Shown here: piece by piece, positions 1-9,015 of the stretch
How positions within the stretch are numbered: the stretch's first letter is position 1
Layout: the number at the start of each line of letters is the position of its first letter
IMG/VR virus record: IMGVR_UViG_3300028585_000006
Span: 1-60,554 of that record
Length of the DNA: 60,554 nucleotides
Origin: a virus
Lineage: Duplodnaviria > Caudoviricetes
Reading direction: 5' to 3' (one strand)
Program-made: the position numbers and the translations under genes
Notes under the pieces: model-generated
Told to the model about the DNA's origin: nothing
Seen by the model: the letters and a program-made list of their open reading frames with translations, nothing else
Database searches by the model: none

Positions 1-127
1 ACCACGACGCGCCCGGAGGCGGTGTCGATCGACACCGCCCCCGTACGGTTCAGGCTCAGGTCGAGCCCAGCGATTCTCACTTGCCGTCGTCGTCCTGCAC
101 GTCGGTCGGTGCGCCGGCGTGCTCTTC
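1..127. repeat. Terminal direct repeat copy 1 (assembly overlap)
   Basis: 1-127 identical to 60428-60554. Confidence 0.95.
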
Positions 128-871
128 CCAGGGGGTGCCCCACTCGGCAGGGTCGACCCCGGCGTCGGCCGCGAGGCCCTCGTCGTTCGCGACGGTGTCC
201 GCCACGGTGTCGCCCGGCTCGTCGGTGTCGGCCTGGTCGTCACCGGCCAGGTCGTCCGACGTCGTCTCGGCGTCGTCGGCCGCGGGCTCGTAGCCGGTGC
301 CGTCCTGGAACAGGCTGGTGACGTTCGACGGCACGGTGCCGGAGGCCTCGGCGTCGTCGGCGTCGATGAGGCGCCAGATCAGCTCCGGCTTCTTGCCCTT
401 CGAGAAGTCGAGGCCGCGGGACTGCAGGCGCTCGAGGAGGGCCGCGATCGTCAGGCTCGTGTACTCGTTGTCCGGCGGCGCCGGGCGGTCCGCGGGGGCC
501 ACGTCGACGTCGAGCTGCTCGGCGGTCGGCGCCGCCGGCCGCTCGGTCTCCGGCTCGTACAGCGACACCCCGGCCATCGCGGCCTTGATGTCGTCCTCGA
601 GCTCGATCGGGAGCGTCGTCTCGCCCGTGCGGGACTCGTACGCGCGCCGGATGAGCTGCGTCGCCGCTTCGAGGTCGTCGGGGAGGATCGCCTCGGCCCG
701 GCGGATCGCGAGCTTCACGATGATCTCGCCCGTGTGCCGGAGCTTCTCGGTCGACTCGACGTCGAGGATCATCATCACGGCGACGTGCTCGCTGTCCTTC
801 TTCGCGATGCGGCCTTCGAGGGGAGTGAGACCGTCAGCCTCGCCCTTCGGCAGTGTGCCCTTGAGCTTCAT
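77..871 (-). CDS. SAP/HeH-motif protein with acidic C-terminus
   Basis: YTSLTIAALLERLQSRGLDFSKGKKPELIWRLID fits the SAP motif; across the junction its stop overlaps the RuvC start (GTGA). Confidence 0.7.
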   Translation of the reverse strand: MKLKGTLPKGEADGLTPLEGRIAKKDSEHVAVMMILDVESTEKLRHTGEIIVKLAIRRAEAILPDDLEAATQLIRRAYESRTGETTLPIELEDDIKAAMAGVSLYEPETERPAAPTAEQLDVDVAPADRPAPPDNEYTSLTIAALLERLQSRGLDFSKGKKPELIWRLIDADDAEASGTVPSNVTSLFQDGTGYEPAADDAETTSDDLAGDDQADTDEPGDTVADTVANDEGLAADAGVDPAEWGTPWEEHAGAPTDVQDDDGK

Positions 872-967
872 GGGTGCTTCCTGTTCCGAGGCATCGCCTC
901 ATCGGGATCCAGCGCGCGATCGCGCACCGGGGGTCTGGGGTGGGTCGAGGCTACTGCCGCGCCGGCG

Positions 968-1300
968 TCACGCGTAGGTGCTTGCCGGCACGATGTGCCC
1001 GTCGACCACGCAGTCGCTGTGGCCGCACGTCCGCACGCCCGGCTTGTAGAGCTCGCCGTCGCGCATCGGCCGGTCGAACCGGTCGTAGTCGCCGAGCCAC
1101 GTCTTGCAGATGACGACAACGCCGTTCTCGTCGTAGTAGCGGATCCGGCCGTCCTGGTTCGGCTCGGAGAGGACCAGGCGGCACGACGAGCACGTCCGGT
1201 CCTCGCGCGGCTCGGCCGAGAAGCCGTGGATGCCGCACCGCCAGCACGTCCACGTCGGGGACTCCGTGGACGGGGTCGTCGGGTAGCTGGTCACGGTCAC
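968..1300 (-). CDS. Cys/His-rich putative zinc-binding protein
   Basis: CWRC, CSSC and CGHSDCVVDGH motifs; GTG start overlaps upstream stop. Confidence 0.65.
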   Translation of the reverse strand: MTVTSYPTTPSTESPTWTCWRCGIHGFSAEPREDRTCSSCRLVLSEPNQDGRIRYYDENGVVVICKTWLGDYDRFDRPMRDGELYKPGVRTCGHSDCVVDGHIVPASTYA

Positions 1301-1665
1301 AGGGCGCCTCCTCGGGTCGGGTGGGGGCGGTCCACGACTGTGATGCCGCCGTCGTCGTCTGGCTGTTCCCAGCGTTGCCGGGTCACGTTCCAGAACGGGG
1401 TGCTTGCGGGGTCCTGCCCCTCGACGAGGGACCACCCCCGCCGGCGAGCCGCGTTGCGCACGGCCGCCGAGATCTCGATGTCGTTGTTCAGGGTGGAGCA
1501 CATCGTGACGACGTTGCTGAGGACCTCGCGGGCCTTCGAGCCGCCGTGGCCGCGCCCGCGCCGGTGCCCCGGCACGAGGGTGTCGTCGTCGCGGCCGCAG
1601 TGGACGCACCGGCCGCCGTCCCGCGCCTTGAGGCGAGCAAAGACGGCCGGCGCCATGCGGGTCAC
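1297..1665 (-). CDS. HNH endonuclease-like protein
   Basis: ARDGGRCVHCG...GHRRGRGHGGS...SNVVTMCSTLN; GTGA-coupled start. Confidence 0.75.
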   Translation of the reverse strand: MTRMAPAVFARLKARDGGRCVHCGRDDDTLVPGHRRGRGHGGSKAREVLSNVVTMCSTLNNDIEISAAVRNAARRRGWSLVEGQDPASTPFWNVTRQRWEQPDDDGGITVVDRPHPTRGGAL

Positions 1666-2030
1666 GAGGGCTGGTAGCGCGTGTCGAGCTGTCGCTCCGC
1701 GCGCTGGTCGACGGAGAGGCTGTTCAGCCGGCGCATCTCCTGCTTGTACCACTCGAGCTTTTCCTTCATCGCCCAGATCTGCGCCTGCGAGACGAGCATG
1801 TTCGAGTGGAGGCCGGAGATCTCGTCGTCGGCCTCCGCGTGGAGCAGCGCGGTCTTCTCCGACGTCTTGTGCGTGTGCCGCCAGCGGAGCTGGAACCGCG
1901 CCTTGGACCGCCGGTAGTCCGCCTCGGCCTGCGCTGCGAGGGGCTCGGCCGCCTCGAAGTCGGCCACGAGCTGCCGGTGCTCGACCGAGAGCAGCTCGGC
2001 CTGCATCGCGGCTTCGATGGCGTTCTGCAT
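1662..2030 (-). CDS. Coiled-coil protein, possible UvsY-like recombination accessory
   Basis: 122 aa helical ORF translationally coupled behind RecT; function inferred from context only. Confidence 0.55.
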   Translation of the reverse strand: MQNAIEAAMQAELLSVEHRQLVADFEAAEPLAAQAEADYRRSKARFQLRWRHTHKTSEKTALLHAEADDEISGLHSNMLVSQAQIWAMKEKLEWYKQEMRRLNSLSVDQRAERQLDTRYQPS

Positions 2031-3058
2031 CAGCCGAAGTTCGGGTCGCCGGCGCCGTCGCCGTCGAGCATCCACGCGGGGACCTCGGCGTCGGCGGCGG
2101 GGTAGTCGGGCACGTCGTCGGTCGGCGGCGCTTCCTGTGCCGGCGGAACCTCGCTGAGGTCCGTCGGGACGACCCTGGCGGGCTCCCTGGGCGGCTCGAT
2201 GGCCTCGTCGGGTGTGGAGGTGGGCTGGATCGTGTCCGAGCCCTGGCGGTCCTCGTGGCGGGCTGTCAGCTCGCCGGTGGCCTCGCGGGTGATGACGGCT
2301 TCGTCCATCGCCGTCGCCGTGGCGAGCTCGACCGACTTCGGCGCGAACTTGAGCGCCTCGATGACCGCGGTCTTGTCGGCCATCGCCTCGTAGCTCGTGA
2401 CCCACGGGCCCTTGTGGTAGCTCTTCCGCGTGTAGTCGGGGCGGCGGTTTTCGACCGACGCTCGGGAGAGCCACCGCCACTGCGGGCGCTGCGTGCCGCG
2501 GATGTAGACGAGGCCGATGACGCCGATCAGCTTGTCGGCGACCTGGTTCGAGTCGTCGTCGGCGGGCTTGTGGTGGAAGTACTTCCCGCGCTCGTAGTCG
2601 GCGCCCATGTCGAACTCGTCGCCCTGGTAGATCCGGAGCGCGTCGACGCCGGTGACGAGCTGGCTGTTGAACGCGAGCTTGACGAGGCCGGGGTAGCCCA
2701 CCTGGAACGAGGCCGCCCACCCGGTCGGGCTCGAGCTGTCCTTCCGCGGGATCAGGTACGCCTGCCCGAGGCCGGAGCCGAGCTGCAGACGCAGCTGCGC
2801 GGCCGTGAACAGGCCGCCCATCACCGAGTCGTTCGAGCACTTGTTCAGATCGGGGGCCTTCGAGATGAGGGTCTGCACCGACCGGACGTAGGAGCCACCG
2901 TCCATGCCGGGGCCGAGGGCCTTCTGCACGGCGGGGATGACCCACCCCTGCGAGAGGAGCTGCTTCGGCGTCGGCTCGGTGCCGGCGGCCTGCTGCTGCT
3001 GCTGGACGGACTGCTGTGCTGCCTGGGCGAGGCGCGTGTTCTCGGGCATGTCGCTCAC
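2030..3058 (-). CDS. recT: RecT-like single-strand annealing protein
   Basis: AAQLRLQLGSGLGQAYLIP, FQVGYPGLVKLA, GPWVTSYEAMADKT; adjacent to a YqaJ exonuclease; start 3058 or 3049. Confidence 0.9.
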   Translation of the reverse strand: MSDMPENTRLAQAAQQSVQQQQQAAGTEPTPKQLLSQGWVIPAVQKALGPGMDGGSYVRSVQTLISKAPDLNKCSNDSVMGGLFTAAQLRLQLGSGLGQAYLIPRKDSSSPTGWAASFQVGYPGLVKLAFNSQLVTGVDALRIYQGDEFDMGADYERGKYFHHKPADDDSNQVADKLIGVIGLVYIRGTQRPQWRWLSRASVENRRPDYTRKSYHKGPWVTSYEAMADKTAVIEALKFAPKSVELATATAMDEAVITREATGELTARHEDRQGSDTIQPTSTPDEAIEPPREPARVVPTDLSEVPPAQEAPPTDDVPDYPAADAEVPAWMLDGDGAGDPNFG

Positions 3059-4035
3059 TTCTTGAAGTACATCGTGCGCGTCGGAGCCTTGCTCGCGACG
3101 TACTGGCGGTAGAGGTCGGGGTGGTCGATCGCGAACTGGTTCGCGTCGAAGTAGCTCGAGGGCTTCACGCCCTCGTTCCACGTGACGAGCACCTTGCCGG
3201 TGTCGGGGTCGATCAGCTCGGTGGCGTCGCGCATGAACGCCTGCAGGTCGCCCTTGAGCTGGTCGTCGAGCTTCTTGCCGGCCGCGAGGCGGGGCTGCAG
3301 CCGGTTTCGCTTCTCGACCATCGCCTTGATCGCCGGCGTCGCGTCGATCTTGCGCCCGGAGGCCGGGTACAGGGCCTTGATGTTGTCGAACCGGGTCGGC
3401 GCCGGCGGGACGTCGCGCACGATGTGCGCCTCCCACCAGTCGGCGACCTGGTCGAGCATGATCGCGATGAACGCGCCGTCGGGGTCGATCCGCCGGGGGT
3501 CGAGGAGGTGGTTCCCGCCGATGAACGCGCCGATCTCGCCGAACGCGTAGTCGCCGACGAACGTCTGCTGCTGCACCTGGACCTCGTACCAGAGGGGCGC
3601 GATCGGGGCGCGCGTGTAGGTGTCGAACCACGAGTCCTTCGTGTACTCGGACCCGGTCTTGATCTCGAACGCCGACCGGGTGCCGTCGGAGAGGTGCCGC
3701 TCACGGTCGGGGGTCGCCGCGATGAACGGGTAGTCGACCGAGGCGAGCAGGCCCGGGGAGGGGTGGAGGGTCCCCAGCTCCGGGTGATCGGCCTCGAACC
3801 AGTCGGCCACGTTGGCCTCCTGGCGCTTGCCGAAGATCGTGAACCGGTTCTCCTCGATCGGCTGGGCGTCGGGCTGCTTCGACGTCCACACGTCGAGGGG
3901 CGTGCTGTACGGGCTGAGCCCGATGATCGCCGCGGTGTCGGTCGCGCTGCAGAACCCCTTGCGGTCCGCGAGCCACGTCTCCTCGTTGGTGCCGTCGTTC
4001 ACGACGGTGTACCGGGGGCTGCTGGTGATGGTCAT
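3055..4035 (-). CDS. recE: YqaJ/RecE-like exonuclease
   Basis: WLADRKGFCSATDTAAIIGLSPYSTPLDVW, ATPD, EIKT, YEVQVQQQ motifs. Confidence 0.9.
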   Translation of the reverse strand: MTITSSPRYTVVNDGTNEETWLADRKGFCSATDTAAIIGLSPYSTPLDVWTSKQPDAQPIEENRFTIFGKRQEANVADWFEADHPELGTLHPSPGLLASVDYPFIAATPDRERHLSDGTRSAFEIKTGSEYTKDSWFDTYTRAPIAPLWYEVQVQQQTFVGDYAFGEIGAFIGGNHLLDPRRIDPDGAFIAIMLDQVADWWEAHIVRDVPPAPTRFDNIKALYPASGRKIDATPAIKAMVEKRNRLQPRLAAGKKLDDQLKGDLQAFMRDATELIDPDTGKVLVTWNEGVKPSSYFDANQFAIDHPDLYRQYVASKAPTRTMYFKK

Positions 4036-4301
4036 GCTTCGCCTCGCATCGTCTCGATCTCGTGGTTCGCGATCGAGAGGTCGATCGCGGCCTGGTGCTC
4101 GGAGTCGTCGACTTCGTCCTCGTCCGAGAGGTAGTCGCCCTTGCGGAGAGCGTCTTGCATCGCTTCGAGCGCGTCGACGGTCAGGCCGAGCTGCTCGCTG
4201 GGGGCTCCCCACTGCGATTGCCCGTCGGCGCCGACCGAGAAATAGCTCTGGCGGCCGTCGGCCAGGGTGATGACGCCGGAGGCGTGCTGGATCTTGCTCA
4301 T
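4032..4301 (-). CDS. Hypothetical protein
   Basis: 89 aa ORF with GGAGGAACAG RBS, coupled to recE. Confidence 0.7.
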   Translation of the reverse strand: MSKIQHASGVITLADGRQSYFSVGADGQSQWGAPSEQLGLTVDALEAMQDALRKGDYLSDEDEVDDSEHQAAIDLSIANHEIETMRGEA

Positions 4302-4383
4302 GGGTCTGTTCCTCCCGTGGGGGCCGGGGGCGAGTACGCGCCGCCCGACCGTGTGTGTACGCCCATCGTACTATGGGTGAACG

Positions 4384-5670
4384 CTACTTGGTGAGGGCCT
4401 TGCCCTCGGAGATCACGACCGCCGACTCGTCGTGCTGGCCGACCCAAGTCATCCAGATCTGGTGCCCGTTCGCCTCGGCCATCTCGCGGAGCACGGCCAG
4501 GTTGTCCTCGTCGAGCGCGTTGCCGTTGTCGATGAGCATGACCTTGCAGCCCGGGTTGAGGGCCATCTGGATCGCGGCCGAGACCTTCACGCGGCCCGAC
4601 TCGGACGTCTGGCTGAGGGGGATCCCGTTGAACGTCACCCCGTCGGCGGTGAAGCTGAGCCCGTCGATCGGCATGTCGGCCGCGGCGAGCGCGTCGGTCT
4701 TGACCTGCATCAGCCGGGCCAGCTCGTCGGTGAGGTTCTTCGACTTGAGCTTCTCCGCCTCGAGCGCGGCCCGCTGCTCGGCCCGGGCCTTCTTCGCGCG
4801 CACGGCCGCGTTGGTCTCGTCGACCTGCGCGAGCTGTTCGCGGAGCGGCGCGATGTCGGCCGGCACCGGGAGGTCCGCGATCGCCGCCTCGTCGGCCGCG
4901 AGCGCGCCGTGGTGCTGGGAGAGGAGCTTCTCGGCCTCGGCGAGCTGCTGCTTCATCTGAGCTACCCGTGCCGTGATCGTGGAGATCGTCGTCTGCCGGG
5001 TTTCGATTGCGGCCCGAGCGGCCACAGCCGCCGCGGCCTGCGCCTGGGCGGTCTCCATCTGCTCGACGATCGCCGATGCCGAGACCGGCTCGTCCGGGGT
5101 CTCCGAGGGGATCGAGGGCGACGTCGCCAGGACCTGCGTCAGCCGGGTGACCTCGCCGTTGACCGTCGTCCGGAGCGCGTACGCGGCCGCGTGCTGCTGG
5201 TCGATCTCGTCGGGGTCGATCCCGAGATCCACCAGGCCGATGAGCGTCTCCCGCTGCTTCTTCGCGTCGAGCTTCGCGAACTCGAGCGGGTTGAACGAGA
5301 GAGCCGTCAGGAAGCTGTCGAGGAGCGCCTGCGGGGTGCCCTTCTGAGCGCCCGACTTCCACGTGAGCTTCACGGCCTGCTTGCCGTCGGTCATCGTCCG
5401 GAGCACGACGAGGTCCTCGAACTCGACCATCACGCGGCCGGCGATCTCGCCTTCCCGGACGACCTCGGGGGTGTCCGACATCGCCTTCGGGCCGCCGAGG
5501 GCGAACCGGATCGAGTCGAGCACGCTGCTCTTGCCCTGGTCGTTCTTGCCCGAGACGATCACGAGGGAGCCGTCAGGCTCGACCTCGACCATCTCGAGCC
5601 GCTTGATGTTCTCGACCTTGAGCCGGACGATCGTGCCGGGGCCGACGGTGGTGGGTGCTGCTTCTGCCAT
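4384..5670 (-). CDS. SMC/RecN/SbcC-like AAA ATPase
   Basis: Walker A GKNDQGKSS, long coiled coil, signature-like LSQTSESG, Walker B VMLID. Confidence 0.85.
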   Translation of the reverse strand: MAEAAPTTVGPGTIVRLKVENIKRLEMVEVEPDGSLVIVSGKNDQGKSSVLDSIRFALGGPKAMSDTPEVVREGEIAGRVMVEFEDLVVLRTMTDGKQAVKLTWKSGAQKGTPQALLDSFLTALSFNPLEFAKLDAKKQRETLIGLVDLGIDPDEIDQQHAAAYALRTTVNGEVTRLTQVLATSPSIPSETPDEPVSASAIVEQMETAQAQAAAAVAARAAIETRQTTISTITARVAQMKQQLAEAEKLLSQHHGALAADEAAIADLPVPADIAPLREQLAQVDETNAAVRAKKARAEQRAALEAEKLKSKNLTDELARLMQVKTDALAAADMPIDGLSFTADGVTFNGIPLSQTSESGRVKVSAAIQMALNPGCKVMLIDNGNALDEDNLAVLREMAEANGHQIWMTWVGQHDESAVVISEGKALTK

Positions 5671-5697
5671 GAGCTGTTCCTCTCGCGGGGGTGGGTG

Positions 5698-5964
5698 CTA
5701 CTCGGTGGGGGTCGACGAGGCGCGCTTCGCAGCGGCCCCGAAGATCTTGTAGACGGCGGCCTCGCTCAAGCCGGCGGACTTCGCCAGCTCGACCTTCGTG
5801 ACCTTGTGCTCCTCGACCAGGCGCTTAGCGATGTCCTCGCGCCGAGCTGAGAGCTTCACGACGGACTTCTGAGCCTCGGCCATCGAAGCGTTCGTGAGAG
5901 CCCAGTCGGACAGGAGCACGTCGCGCGCCGCCTGGTCTGGTTCGGGGGTGGTGGGAGATGTCAT
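5698..5964 (-). CDS. Helix-turn-helix DNA-binding protein
   Basis: TKVELAKSAGLSEAAVYKI HTH; ATG at 5964. Confidence 0.8.
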   Translation of the reverse strand: MTSPTTPEPDQAARDVLLSDWALTNASMAEAQKSVVKLSARREDIAKRLVEEHKVTKVELAKSAGLSEAAVYKIFGAAAKRASSTPTE

Positions 5965-6000
5965 TCCCGAACCATACCCGGGTTGAGGACTAGCGTCCAA
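5965..6000 (-). promoter_or_regulatory. Sigma-A-like leaderless promoter
   Basis: Minus strand TTGGAC-N18-TATGGT-N6-ATG. Confidence 0.6.
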
Positions 6001-6055
6001 CGGGCTGTTCAAGGCAAGCGCAGCGACGCGTAGCGGAGTGAAGCGCGGCAGCGGG

Positions 6056-6217
6056 TTTTCCACAGGCTGTCGAGCCCCTGGCTACCAAGACTCGCCTCTT
6101 CCAGTTAGGGGGTTGGTCTTCTTGAGACTGGTCTTCTTAAGCATGTCGGTGGCCTGCAGTAGATGACCAGCATTTGAGTCGCTCCGGCTCAAGGTTGTGT
6201 GCACAGGGTTATCCACA
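6056..6217. other. Putative replication origin region with DnaA boxes
   Basis: TTATCCACA at 6209-6217 and TTTTCCACA at 6056-6064, in a locally lower-GC tract just downstream of a Rep-like gene. Confidence 0.5.
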
Positions 6218-6220
6218 GGC

Positions 6221-6541
6221 TCAGAGCTGATGCTGCTGGCCGACATCAGGCCCGAGGAGGTGCCAGGTCGTGCCGACAACGACGCCGCGATCGCGCTTCG
6301 TCTCGCGCTCCACGTAGCCGTGCTTCTCGAGCTCGGCGATCCAGGCCATGACCTTGTGCCGCTTCGAGCTGCGGGAGGTCGTGAGCCGGGCCAGCTCGAC
6401 CTCGAAGCCGTCGCGGTGACTGGTCAGGTACGTGAGGAGGCCGAGGGCCCCCCAGTCGAGGCGCGTGTCGCGGGCCCACTCGTTCCGGAGCTGCACCCAG
6501 GCGAGGGCCGGTGGTTCGTAGTCGTGGCTGATGCCTGTCAT
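6221..6541 (-). CDS. Phage replication-initiator-like winged HTH protein (short, possibly frameshifted)
   Basis: NEWARDTRLDWGALGLLTYLTSH...IAELEKHGYVER resembles phage Rep N-terminal wHTH. Confidence 0.7.
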   Translation of the reverse strand: MTGISHDYEPPALAWVQLRNEWARDTRLDWGALGLLTYLTSHRDGFEVELARLTTSRSSKRHKVMAWIAELEKHGYVERETKRDRGVVVGTTWHLLGPDVGQQHQL

Positions 6542-6615
6542 CTGTTCCCTCTCGAGGGATGACGGCCGGGCGCCCCGCTATGCTGGGCTGGTCGCGGCCG
6601 CTATCCGCTGACTTC

Positions 6616-6644
6616 GCCCCTCCCGGTTCCCGCCGGTGAGGGGC
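6616..6644. terminator. Hairpin, possible terminator
   Basis: GCCCCTC-CCGG...CCGG-T-GAGGGGC inverted repeat in intergenic DNA. Confidence 0.45.
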
Positions 6645-6739
6645 ATTTCCTTTGTGTGGTGTGAAGCGTAGTCGGCCCGGAGCGCCCACAGGACGCCCGG
6701 AGACGGCCTGAGAGCCCCTCGCGGGGGTGAGTGAGTGTC

Positions 6740-7615
6740 CTAGCCCTCGACGGGGCCGGAGAACGTCGCGTAGTCGTCGTAGTCCTGCGGTCCGAGGAGC
6801 AGCGCCCACTCGGGATCGCGGATGAACGTCCGCTGCGGGAAGTTGTGCCGCTTCTGCATCTCGCGGACGTCTCGAGAGGTCAGGGAGCCCCAGATCCCCG
6901 TCACCGGCGCCTGGCCGAGATCCTGCGCGAGCATCGCGGCCTGGATCACGCGCACGGGGTAGTTCGCGTCGCCGGCCGTGACCATCGGGAGGCGGCGCGG
7001 GATGACGCGCTGCCAGAGATCCCGGTCGATGACGGGCGTCGGGTTCGGGTGGCCTCGGCTGACCTTCCACCGTCGGGCCGCCTCGAGCAGGGTGCCGTCG
7101 GCGACGTTCGACGTCGGGATCCCGAACAGGGCCTGCAGGAAGTAGACGTCGGCGCCGGAGTCGCCGATCACGATGTCGCGGTGGCCGGGCCACTTGAACG
7201 GGCTGTCGCCGCCGACGGCCGGCAGCTCGAGGCGGTTGAGGAAGCCGGCGAGGGCCTGGTCGGTCAGGCGGCTGGCGTCGGCCGGCGTGCCGACGAACCG
7301 GAACTCCGGGTAGCCGCCGTCGCCGACGTTGAAGCCCTCGAAGCCCCACCGCTGCAGGATCTCCTGCACCTCGGCCGTGGCCGGGAGGGGGAGACGGAAG
7401 CTCAGGCCGAGGGCCTGGCTAGGCGTCCCGTCGAGGTCCCAGCTGACGAGATCCTCGGGCAGCTCGACGTGGTGGGTGAGCTGCTCGAGCACGCGCGCAG
7501 CCGGGGACGCGATGCGCCGGTTGAAGCGCGAGAGGGAGCCCGCCACACGGACTTCACGGATCTGCTTCTTCCGGAACTCGGTCGTGGACGGGTCGCCCCA
7601 AGGTGTGATCGGCAT
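6740..7615 (-). CDS. Peptidoglycan-binding protein with degenerate M15-peptidase-like N-terminal domain
   Basis: Two PG-binding-like repeats (GDSGADVYFLQ; VRVIQAAM..VTGIWGSLTSRDVREMQ); N-terminus resembles M15 endolysins without the Zn ligands. Confidence 0.6.
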   Translation of the reverse strand: MPITPWGDPSTTEFRKKQIREVRVAGSLSRFNRRIASPAARVLEQLTHHVELPEDLVSWDLDGTPSQALGLSFRLPLPATAEVQEILQRWGFEGFNVGDGGYPEFRFVGTPADASRLTDQALAGFLNRLELPAVGGDSPFKWPGHRDIVIGDSGADVYFLQALFGIPTSNVADGTLLEAARRWKVSRGHPNPTPVIDRDLWQRVIPRRLPMVTAGDANYPVRVIQAAMLAQDLGQAPVTGIWGSLTSRDVREMQKRHNFPQRTFIRDPEWALLLGPQDYDDYATFSGPVEG

Positions 7616-7625
7616 GGCGGCGAGC

Positions 7626-7883
7626 TTACTGTCTGGCCTTCGCATTATCGCGGAGCTTGTAGATCCGCCCGACCGAGACGCCGATCAGCTCGGCGAGGTC
7701 GCGGGCGATCGCCGGCTGTTCCGGGTCGTTCAGCTCGTCGAGGATGAGCTGGTCGCGCTCCTCGCTGTTCGTCCGGAGAGCCTCGTACAACTCGGTCTGC
7801 TTGCCGGTGATCTCGGCGATGCGCGCACGGCGAGCGAGGCGCTGCTGCGAGAGAGGCGCGGGGGCGGGGACGGTGTCGGTCAT
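7626..7883 (-). CDS. Helix-turn-helix DNA-binding protein
   Basis: ARDLAELIGVSVGRIYKL HTH. Confidence 0.8.
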   Translation of the reverse strand: MTDTVPAPAPLSQQRLARRARIAEITGKQTELYEALRTNSEERDQLILDELNDPEQPAIARDLAELIGVSVGRIYKLRDNAKARQ

Positions 7884-7942
7884 GGGGGCTCCTTGAGGTG
7901 TCACACCATAGGCTAACGGACCGTCCCCGTGATGCCCCTGGA

Positions 7943-8206
7943 CTAGTCCTCGCGCCAGCGCATCCCGTACGCGAAGCCGAACGCGAGGTGGCGGAGCGCG
8001 TCGAGCGCCTGGCCCTTCGTCATCCCGAGTACTCGGATCACCGACCACTGCGTCTCGTCGTCGTTCTCGAGCTGCGTGAGGCCGTAGGCGCCGTTCGGCA
8101 TGAGCACGACGCGGAGCTGGTCGGCGTTGGTTGCGGGCCACCCGCCGGCCTTGAGGTCTTCGACGTAGCTGTCGAGCGCCTCCTGCAGCTCAGCCTTGGT
8201 CGCCAC
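7943..8206 (-). CDS. Hypothetical protein
   Basis: 87 aa ORF with RBS. Confidence 0.7.
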   Translation of the reverse strand: MATKAELQEALDSYVEDLKAGGWPATNADQLRVVLMPNGAYGLTQLENDDETQWSVIRVLGMTKGQALDALRHLAFGFAYGMRWRED

Positions 8207-8498
8207 GTGCAGCCTCCTGGTTCGCTCGTGCGCGGGCGGGGCGCTGCGCGGCCGAGATGAGAGCGGCCTCGCCGTGCTGACGGAAGACGTCGAGCGCGAA
8301 CGAGTGCTCCGGCCACCCCTGGTCGAGCTTGGCCCGGTTCGAGCGGTCGGCCGAGAGCCACGCCCGGAGGATGAGCGACATGAAACCGCCCGGCTCCTGG
8401 CCGACGACCTGGTTGCCGAGGATCCACAGCCACGCGGCCGCGGCCTCGCTGTTGACGAAGTCGCCGGCGGTGCCGTCCTCGCCTCCTGGGTTCGGCAT
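8190..8498 (-). CDS. Hypothetical protein
   Basis: ATG at 8498 coupled to upstream stop; PGGFMSLILRAWLSADRSNRAKL. Confidence 0.65.
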   Translation of the reverse strand: MPNPGGEDGTAGDFVNSEAAAAWLWILGNQVVGQEPGGFMSLILRAWLSADRSNRAKLDQGWPEHSFALDVFRQHGEAALISAAQRPARARANQEAARGDQG

Positions 8499-8833
8499 CA
8501 GATCAGCCCTACCCACGCGCCGTCGCGCAGGTACTGGATCTGCGTCGTGCCCTCGCCGCGCGACCAGGCCCACGGGCCGAGATCGCCGTCGAGGCTCAGC
8601 TCGTCGACGTCGCCGACGCCCAGCGTGTCGATGTAGCGGCCCTCGTAGTAGACCTCGTCGTCGTCGTCGAGGAGGCGGAACGTCTCGCCGGCGCCGCCGG
8701 TGAGCCGCCGCTTCACGGCCTCGCTCGTGTCGCTGGGGGAGATCCAGCCGGTCGCGTCGGTGACCTGATTGCCTTCCGACAAGACCGCGTTGACCTGAGG
8801 GGTCAGGATGTCTCGCGTGATGATGAATGCCAC
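8498..8833 (-). CDS. Hypothetical protein
   Basis: 111 aa ORF with GGAGG RBS, downstream of a CCATAGTG promoter motif. Confidence 0.7.
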   Translation of the reverse strand: MAFIITRDILTPQVNAVLSEGNQVTDATGWISPSDTSEAVKRRLTGGAGETFRLLDDDDEVYYEGRYIDTLGVGDVDELSLDGDLGPWAWSRGEGTTQIQYLRDGAWVGLI

Positions 8834-9015
8834 GGTGTTCCTCCGTCGTCTGTCCGCCCCGGGGTGGGGAGGAGATGACGTTCACACTATGGTTCTACGT
8901 CGCCGTCTTGCAAGTTTTGGCGCTGGAATTGTTGACCGGATTATCCCGCCGGAACGGACACGGGCGGGTCGAGCTCGAAGCTCAGACCCGCCCGCCGCGA
9001 GGGAACAGCCCGCGC

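Noticed and set aside
1-127. Physical direct terminal repeat of the virion DNA
   Set aside because: Length is exactly 127 nt, a common assembler k-mer, and it falls inside coding sequence; best explained as circular assembly overlap
868-1119. 83-aa minus-strand ORF bridging two genes
   Set aside because: Overlaps the better-supported 968-1300 gene in another frame and lacks a convincing start
119-3112. 997-aa plus-strand ORF, and similar long plus-strand ORFs such as 40638-43967 and 38867-40666
   Set aside because: Antisense shadows of well-supported minus-strand genes in high-GC DNA; no motifs
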